Made by a program: the position numbers and the translations under genes
Assembly (NCBI RefSeq): GCF_009914755.1
Contig: NC_060933.1
Source: the human T2T-CHM13v2.0 reference genome, Homo sapiens
Direction: 5' to 3' (one strand)
DNA: 64,000 bases
The notes under the pieces: model-generated
Told to the model about the DNA's origin: nothing
Database searches by the model: none
What the model saw: the letters and a program-made list of their open reading frames with translations, nothing else
Shown: positions 55,954 to 64,000 of the stretch, in pieces
How positions within the stretch are numbered: position 1 is the first letter of the stretch
Layout: every line of letters begins with the position of its first letter

Positions 55954-58900
55954 TGGAATGGAATGGAATGGGTTCAACTAGAATGGAATGGAATGGAATG
56001 GAATCAACCCGAGTGGAATGGCATGGAATGGAATGGAATGGAATGGAATGGAAAGCAATGGAATGAAATGGAATGGAAGGGAATGGATTGAAATGGAATG
56101 GAATGGAATGGAATCAACCCGAGTGCAATGTAATGGAATTGAATGGAATGGAATGGAATGCAATGGAATGAATTCAACCCGAATGGAATGGAAAGGAATG
56201 GAATAAACCCGAGTGGAATGGCATGGAATGGAGTGGAATGGAATGGAATGGAATACTACGGAAGAGAATGGAATGGAACGAAATGGAATGGAATGGAATG
56301 GAATGGAATGGAATGGAATGAACAAGTGAGCAATTGAATGGAATCGAATGGAATAGAATGGAATGGAATGGATTCAACTCGAATGGAATGGAAAGGAATG
56401 GAATCAACCCGAGTGGAATGGCATGGAATGGAATGGAATGGAATGGAACGGAATGGAATGGAATCAACTCGATTGCAAAGGAATGTAATGGAATGGAATG
56501 GAACGGAATTAACGCAAATAGAATGGAATGGAAAGGAATGGAACGGAATGGAATGGAAAGAAATGGAATGGAATCAATCTGAGTGCAGGGGAATGCAATG
56601 GAATGGAATGCAATGGAATGGAATGGAATGGAATGCAATGGAATCACCTCGATTGCAATGGGATGGAATGGAATGGAATGGAATGGAAGGGAATGGAATG
56701 GAATGGAATTAACCTGAACAGAATGGAATGGAATGGTATGGAATGGAATGGAATGGAATGGAATGGAATGCAATGGAATGGAATCAATCAACCCGAGTGC
56801 AATAGAATGCAGTGGAATGGAATGGAATGGAATGGAATGGAATGGAATGGAATGGAATGAAATGGAATGGCAGGGAATGGAATGGAATCAACCCGAGTGC
56901 AAAGGAATGGAATGGAATGGAATGGAATGGAATGGATTCAACCCGAATGGAATGGAAAGGAATGGAATAAACCTGAGTGGAATCGCATGGAATGGAATGG
57001 AATGGAATGGAATGGAATGGTACGGAATAGAATGGAATGGAAAGTAATGGAATGGAATGGAATGGAATGGAATGGAATCAACCTGAGTGCAATGGAATGG
57101 AGTGGAATGGAATGTAATGGAATGGAAACAACCCGAATGTAATGGAATGTAATGGAGTGTAAGGGAATTGAATACAATCAATCCGAATGTAATGGAATGG
57201 AATGGAACGGAATGGAATGGAATGGAATGCAGTGGAATGGAATCAAACCTAGTGCAATGGAATGGAATGGAATGGAATGGAATGAAATGGAATGGAATGG
57301 AATGGAATGGAATGGAATGGATTGGATTCAACCCAAATGGAATGGAAAGCAATGGAATCAACCCGAGTGGAATGGCATGGAATTGAATGGAATGGAATGG
57401 AATGGAATGGAATGGTACAGAATAGAATGGAATGGAATGAAATGGAATGGAATGGAATGGAATGGAATGGAATGGAACGGAATGGAATGGAATCAACTCG
57501 ATTGCAATGGAATGTAATGTAATGGAATGGAATGGAATTAACGCGAATAGAATGGAATGGAATGTAATGGAACGGAATGGAATGGAATGGGATGGAATGG
57601 AATCAATCTGAGTGCAGGGGAATGGAATGGAATGGAATGCAATGGAATGGAATGGAATGGAATGGAATGCAATGGAATCAACTAGATTGCAATGGGATGG
57701 AATGGAATGGAATGGAATGGAAGGGAATGGAATGGAATGGAATTAACCTGAACAGAATGGAATGGAATGGAATGGAACGGAATGGAAGGGAATGGAATGG
57801 AATGGAATTAAGCTGAAGAGAATGGAATGGAATGGAATGGAACGGAATGGAATGGAATGGAATGGAATGGAATGCAATGGAATGGGATCAACCCGAGTGC
57901 AGGGGAATGGAATGGAATGGAATGCAATGGAATGGAATCAATCAACCCGAGTGCAATAGAATGCAGTGGAATGGAATGGAATGGAATGGAAAGTACCCGA
58001 ATGGAAAGGAATGTAATGGAGTGTAAGGGAATTAAAAAGAATCAATCCGAATGTAATGGAATGGAAGGGAACGGAATGGAATGGAATGGAATGGAATGGA
58101 ATGGAATGGAATGGAATGAAATGGAATGGCATGGAATGGAATGGAATCAACCTGAGTTCAATGGAATGGAATGGAATGGAATGGAATGGATTCAACCCGA
58201 ATGGAATGGAAAGGAATGGAATAAACCCGAGTGAAATGGCATGGAAGGGAAAGGAATGGAATGGAATGGTAAGGAATAGAATGGAATGGAACGAAATGGA
58301 ATGGAATGGAATGGAATGGAATGGAATGGAATGGAATGAACCCGTGTGCAATGGAATGGAATGGAATGGAATGGAATGGAATGGGTTCAACTAGAATGGA
58401 ATGGAAAGGAATGGAATCAACCCGAGTGGAATGGCATGGAATGGAATGGAAAGGAATGGAATGGAATGGAATGGAATGGAATGGAATGGAATGAAATGGA
58501 ATGGAAGGGAATGGATTGAAATGGAATGGAATGGAATGGAATCAACCCGAGTGCAATGTAATGGAATTGAATGGAATGGAATGGAATGGAATGGAATGAA
58601 TTCAACCCGAATGGAATGGAAAGGAATGGAATAAACCCGAGTGGAATGGCATGGAATGGATTGGAATGGAATGGAATGGAATACTACGGAAGAGAATGGA
58701 ATGGAACGAAATGGAATGGAATGTAATGGAATGGAATGGAATGAACACGTGAGCAATGGAATGGAATCGAATGGAATGGAATGGAATGGAATGGATTCAA
58801 CTCGAATGGAATGGAAAGGAATGGAATCAACCCGAGTGGAATGGCATGGAATGGAATGGAATGGAATGGAATGGAACGGAATGGAATGGAATCAACTCGA

Positions 58901-59260
58901 TTGCAAAGGAATGTAATGGAATGGAATGGAACGGAATTAACGCAAATAGAATGGAATGGAAAGGAATGGAAAGGAATGGAATGGAAAGGAATGGAATGGA
59001 ATCAATCTGAGTGCAGGGGAATGGAATGGAATGGAGTGCAATGGAATGGAAAGGAATGGAATGCAATGGAATCACCTCGATTGCAATGGGATGGAATGGA
59101 ATGGAATGGAATGGAAGGGAATGGAATGGAATGGAATTAACCTGAACAGAATGGAATGGAATGGTATGGAATGGAATGGAATGGAATGGAATGGAATGCA
59201 ATGGAATGGAATCAATCAACGCGAGTGCAATAGAATGCAGTGGAATGGAATGGAATGGAA
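55926..59260 (-). repeat. Internal duplication in the inverted arm: about 55926-56820 repeated at about 58343-59260 (offset about 2.42 kb)
   Basis: GGGTTCAACTAGAA (~55970/58383), AATACTACGGAAGAG (~56252/58680), AACGCAAATAG (~56511/58939) and ATCACCTCGATTGCAATGGG (~56643/59071). Confidence 0.85.
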
Positions 59261-62200
59261 TGGAAAGTACCCGAATGGAATGGAATGGAATGGAGTGTAA
59301 GGGAATTAAAAAGAATCAATCCGAATGTAATGGAATGGAATTGAAAGGAAAGGAATGGAATGGAATGGAATGGAATGGAATGGAATGGAATGGAATGAAA
59401 TGGAATGCCATAGAATGGAATGGAATCAACCCGAGCGCAATGGAATGGAATGGAATGGAATGGAATGGAATGGAATGGATTCAACCCGAATGGAATGGAA
59501 AGGAATGGAATAAACCCGAGTGAAATGGCATGGAAGGGAATGGAATGGAATGGAATGGTACGGAGTAGAATGGAATGGAACGAAATGGAATGGAATGGAA
59601 TGGAATGGAATGGAATGGAATGGAATGGAATGAACCCGTGAGCAATGGAATGGAATGGAATGGAATGGAATGGAATGGAATGGGTTCAATTCGAATGTAA
59701 TGGAAAGGAATGGAATCAACCCGAGTGCAATGGCATGGAATGGAATGGAATGGAATGGAATGGAATGGAATGGAATGGAATGGATTCAACCCAAATGGAA
59801 TGGAAAGGAATGGAATAAACCCGAGTGGAATGGCATGGAATGGAGTGGAATGGAATGGAATGGAATGGAATGGAATGGAATGGAATTAACCCTAATAGAA
59901 TGGAATGGAATCGAATGGAATGGAATAGAAGGGAATGGAATGGAATGGAATGGAATGGAATTAACCCGAATAGAATGGAATGGAATGGAATGGAATGGAA
60001 TGGAATGGAATGGAATCAACTCGATTTCAATGGAATGGAATGGAATGGAATGGAATGGAAGGGAATGGAATGGAATGGAATGAAATTAACCTGAATAGAA
60101 TGGAATGGAATGGAATGGAATGGAATGGAATGGAATAGAATGTAATCCAACCGAGTGCAGGGGAATGGAATGGAATGGAATGCAATGGAATGGAATCATA
60201 CGGAATGGAATGGAATGGAATGGAATGCAATGGAATGGAATGGAATCAACCCGATTGCAATGGAATGGAGTGGAATGGAATGTAATGGAATGGAAACAAC
60301 CCGAATGGAATGGAATGGAAAGGAATCGAATGGAATCAACCTGAGTGCAGGGGAATGGAATGGAATGGAATGCAATGGAAAGGAATGGAATGGAATGCAA
60401 TGGAATGTAATGGAATGGAATGCAATGGAATCAACCCGAGTGCAATGTAATGGAATCGAATGGAATGGAATGGAATGGAATGGATTCAACCCGAATGGAA
60501 TGGAAAGGAATGGAATAAACCCGAGTGGAATGGCATGGAGTGGAGTGGAATGGAATGGAATGGAATGGAATGGAATGCTACCGAATAGAATGGAATGGAA
60601 CGAAATGGAGTAGAATGGAATGGAATGGAATGCAATCAACCCGAGTGCAATGGAATGGAGTGGAATGGATTGGAATGGAATGGAAACAACCTGAATGGAA
60701 TGGAATGAAATGGAGTGTAAGGGAATTGAATACAATCAAACCGAATGTAATGGAATGGAATGGAACGGAATGGAATGGAATGGAATGGAATGGAATGCAG
60801 TGGAATGGAATCAAACCTAGTGCAATGGAATGGAATGGAATGGAATGGAATGGAATGGAATGGAATCAATTCGATTGCAATGGAATGGAATTGAATGGAA
60901 TGGAATGGAATGGAATGGGTTCAACTCGAATGGAATGGAAAGGAATGGAATCAACCCGAGTGGAATGGCATGGAATGGAATGCAATGGAATGGAATGGAA
61001 TGGAATGGAATGCAATGGAATGGAATGGAATGCAATGGAATCAACCCGAGTGCTATGTAATGGAATTGAATGGAAAGGAATGGAATGGAATGGAATGGAT
61101 TCAACCCGAATGGAATGGAAAGGAATGGAATAAACCCGAGTGGAATGGCATGGAATGGAGTGGAATGGAATGGAATGGAATGGAATGGAATGGTACGGAA
61201 TAGAATGGAATGGAACGAAATGGAATGTAATGTAATGGAATGGAATGGAATGGAATGAACCCGTGTGCAATGGAATGGAATGGAAAGGAATGGATTGGAA
61301 TGGAATGAACCCGTGTGCAATGGAATGGAATGGAATGGAATGGAATGGAATGGAATGGATTCAAGTCGAATGGAATGGAAAGGAATGGAATCAACCCGAG
61401 TGGAATGGCATGGAATGGAATGGAATGAAATGGAATGGAATGGAATGGAATGGTACGGAATAGAACGGAATGAAACGAAATGGAATGGAATGGAATGGAA
61501 TGGAATGGAATGGAATGGAATGGAAAGGAATGGAATGGAATCAACCCGAGTGCAGGTGAATGGAATGGAATGGAAGGCAATGGAATGCAATCATCCGGAA
61601 TTGAATGGAATGGAATGGAATGGAATGGAATCAACTCGATTGCAATGGAATGTAATGGAATGGAATGGAATGGAATTAACCCTAATAGAATGGAATGGAA
61701 TGGAATGGAAGGGAATGGAATGGAATGGAATGGAATGGAATTAACCGGAATAGAATGCAATGGAATGGAATGGAATGGAATGGAATGGAATGGAATGAAA
61801 TGGAATCAACTCGATTTCAATGGAATGGAATGGAATGGAATGGAATGGAATGGAATGAAATTAACCTGAATAGAATGGAATGGAATGGAATGGAATGGAA
61901 TGGAATGGAATGGAATGGAATGGAATGGAATGGAATAGAGTGGAATGGAATGGAATGGAATAGAATGGAATCCACCCGAGTGCAGGGGAATGGAATGGAA
62001 TGGAATGCAATGGAATGGAATCATACGGAATGGAATGGAATGGAAAGGAATGGAATCAACCCGATTGCAATGGAATGGAGTGGAATGGAATGGAATGGAA
62101 TGGAAACAACCCGAATGGAATGGAATGGAATGGAATGGAGTGTAAGGGAATTGAATAGAATCAATACGAATGTAATGGAATGGAATGGAACGGAATGGAA

Positions 62201-62579
62201 TGCAATGGAATGGAATGGAATCCAATGGAATGGGTTCAACCCGAGTGCAATGGAATGGAATCGAAAGTAATGGAATGGAATGGAATGGATTCAACACGAA
62301 TGGAATGGAAAGGAATGGAATCAACCCGAGTGGAATGGAATTTAATGGAATGGAATGGAATGGAATGCAGTGAAATGGAATCAAACCTAGTGCAATGGAA
62401 TGGAATGGAATGGAATGGAATGGCATGGAATGGATTAGATTCAACCCAAATGGAATGGAAAGCAATGGAATCAACCCGAGTGGAATGGCATGGAATGGAA
62501 AGGAATGGAATGGAATGGAAAGGTACGGAATAGAATGGAATGGAACGAAATGGAATGGAATGGGATGGAATGGAATGGA

Positions 62580-64000
62580 ATGGAATGGAATGGAATAGAA
62601 TGGAATCCACCCGATTACAGGGGAATGGAATGGAATGGAATGCAAAGGAATGGAATGGAATGGATTCAACCCGAATGGAATGGAAAGGAAAGGAATAATC
62701 CCGAGTGAAATGGCATGGAAGGGAATGGAATGGAATGGAACGGTACGGAGTAGAATGGAATGGAATGAAATGGAATGGAATGGAATGGAATGGAATGAAC
62801 CCGTGAGCAATGGAATGGAATGGAATGGAATGGAATGGAATTTGTTCAACTCGAATGGAATGGAAAGGAATGGAATCAACCCGAGTGGAATGGCATGGAA
62901 TGGAATGGAATGGAATGGAATGGAATGGAATGGAATGGAATGGATTCAACCCGAATGGAATGGAAAGGAATGGAATAAACCCGAGTGGAATGGCATGGAA
63001 CGGAGTGGAATGGAATGGAATGGAAGGGAATGGTACGGAATAGAATGGAATGGAACGAAATGGAATGGAATGGAACGGAATGGAATGGAATGGAATGGAA
63101 AGGAATGAACCCGTGTGCAATTGAATGGAATCGAATGGAATGGAATGCAATGGAATGGGTTCAACTAGAATGGAATGGAAAGGAATGGAATCAACCCGAG
63201 TGGAATGGCATGGTATGGAATGGAATGGAATGGAATGGAATGGAAAGGTACGGAATAGAATGGAATGGAACGAAATGGAATGGAATGGAATGGAATGAAT
63301 GGAATGGAATGGAATAGAATGGAATCCACCCGATTGCAGGGTAATGGAATGGAACGGAATGCAATGGAATGGAATGGAATGGATTCAACCCCAATGGAAT
63401 GGAAAGGAATGGAATCAACCCGAGTGGAATGGCATGGAATGGAATGGAATGGAATGGAATAGTACGGAATAGAATGGAATGGAACGAAATGGAATGGAAT
63501 GGAATCAACCTGAGTGCAATGGAATGGAGTGGAATGGAATGTAATGGAACGGAAACAACCCGAATGGAATGGAATGTAATGGAGTTTAAGGGAATTGAAT
63601 ACAATCAATCCGAATGTAATGGAATGGAATGGAACGGAATGGAATGGAATGGAATGGAATGGAATGGAATGGAATGAAATGGAATGGCAGGGAATGGAAT
63701 GCAATCAACCCGAGTGCAAAGGAATGGAATGGAATGGAATGGAAGGGAATGGAATGGAATGGATTCAACCCGAACGGAATGGAAAGGAATGTAATAAACC
63801 TGAGTGGAATGGCATGGAATGGAATGGAATGGAATGGAATGGTACGGAATAGAATGGAATGGAACGAAATGGAATGGAATGGAATGCAATGGAATGGAAT
63901 CAACCTGAGTGCAATGGAATGGAGTGGAATGGAATGAAATGGAATGGAAACAACCCGAATGGAATGGAATGTAATGGAGTGTAAGGGAATTGAATACAAT
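62580..64000 (-). repeat. Inverted, slightly diverged copy of part of the 3.8-kb unit (equivalent to about 46.9-48.4 kb)
   Basis: Reverse-complement markers appear in reversed order: GTACGGAGTAG (~62743 vs 48258), CCGTGTGCAATTGAA (~63111 vs 47851), GGAATGAATGG 1-bp deletion (~63292 vs 47670), GGCAGGGAA (~63686 vs 47243) and GTAATAAACCTGAG (~63791 vs 47132). Confidence 0.85.

Larger units (their letters stand above)
55926..64000 (-). repeat. HSat3 array in inverted orientation, (GGAAT)n on +
   Basis: GGAAT pentamers with GGAATCAACCCGAGTG cassettes, the reverse complement of the left-arm vocabulary. The array runs off the window end. Confidence 0.97.

Noticed and set aside
55857-56091. Chimeric IPFHS-to-MEWNG ORFs crossing the junction
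   Set aside because: They are a by-product of the strand switch and useful only as a marker of the breakpoint.
23-63999. Hundreds of ORFs encoding MEWNG or IPFHS repeats, up to 427 aa (36941-38224)
   Set aside because: (GGAAT)n and (ATTCC)n have no stop codon in any frame and GGAAT supplies an ATG every 5 bp. ORFs overlap in all six frames with a 5-aa period. This is the known spurious satellite translation and not evidence of coding.
1-64000. CRISPR-like alternation of conserved motifs and intervening sequence
   Set aside because: The intervening DNA is variable-length CATTC and not unique spacers. There is no constant repeat length and no cas genes.
1-64000. HSat2, alpha satellite/CENP-B boxes, or Alu/L1 insertions
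   Set aside because: I saw no 171-bp monomers, no poly-A tails or unique sequence, and no dominant HSat2 CATTCGATTC/ATCATC pattern. Every stretch stays in pentamer register.
1-64000. Assignment to a specific chromosome or subfamily (e.g. chr9q12 HSat3B5, or Y-linked DYZ1)
   Set aside because: The inversion, CAACCCGAGT cassettes and HSEs are compatible with a chr9-like array, but related arrays occur on several chromosomes. Assignment needs k-mer classification or alignment, which I cannot run.

Overview
The whole 64 kb is classical human/primate Satellite 3 (HSat3, Satellite III): a (CATTC)n/(GAATG)n pentamer array with diverged CpG-containing cassettes such as ACTCGGGTTGATTCC, the reverse complement of the diagnostic CAACCCGAGT. 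I find no supportable genes, transposons, RNA genes or CRISPR arrays. The ORF track (MEWNG/IPFHS repeats) is an artefact of a stop-free pentamer. The real structure is non-coding. (1) A base-pair-resolvable strand switch lies at 55925/55926, with 2-bp CC microhomology, a perfect 19-bp stem and a probable second breakpoint about 190 bp upstream. (2) Nested duplications occur at about 60-400 bp, 1.55 kb, 2.4 kb, 3.8 kb (three near-identical tandem units), 7.4 kb, 9.4-10 kb and 12.5 kb. (3) The cassette vocabulary changes around 44-45.7 kb. (4) About 23 perfect three-unit heat-shock elements (nTTCnnGAAnnTTCn) and about 20 copies of a 14-bp palindrome are confined to the first 44 kb. (5) The pentamer register slips almost only by -1 (mod 5). 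All counts and duplication boundaries were made by eye and are approximate. I cannot support a new protein-coding system, nor assign subfamily or chromosome with certainty.
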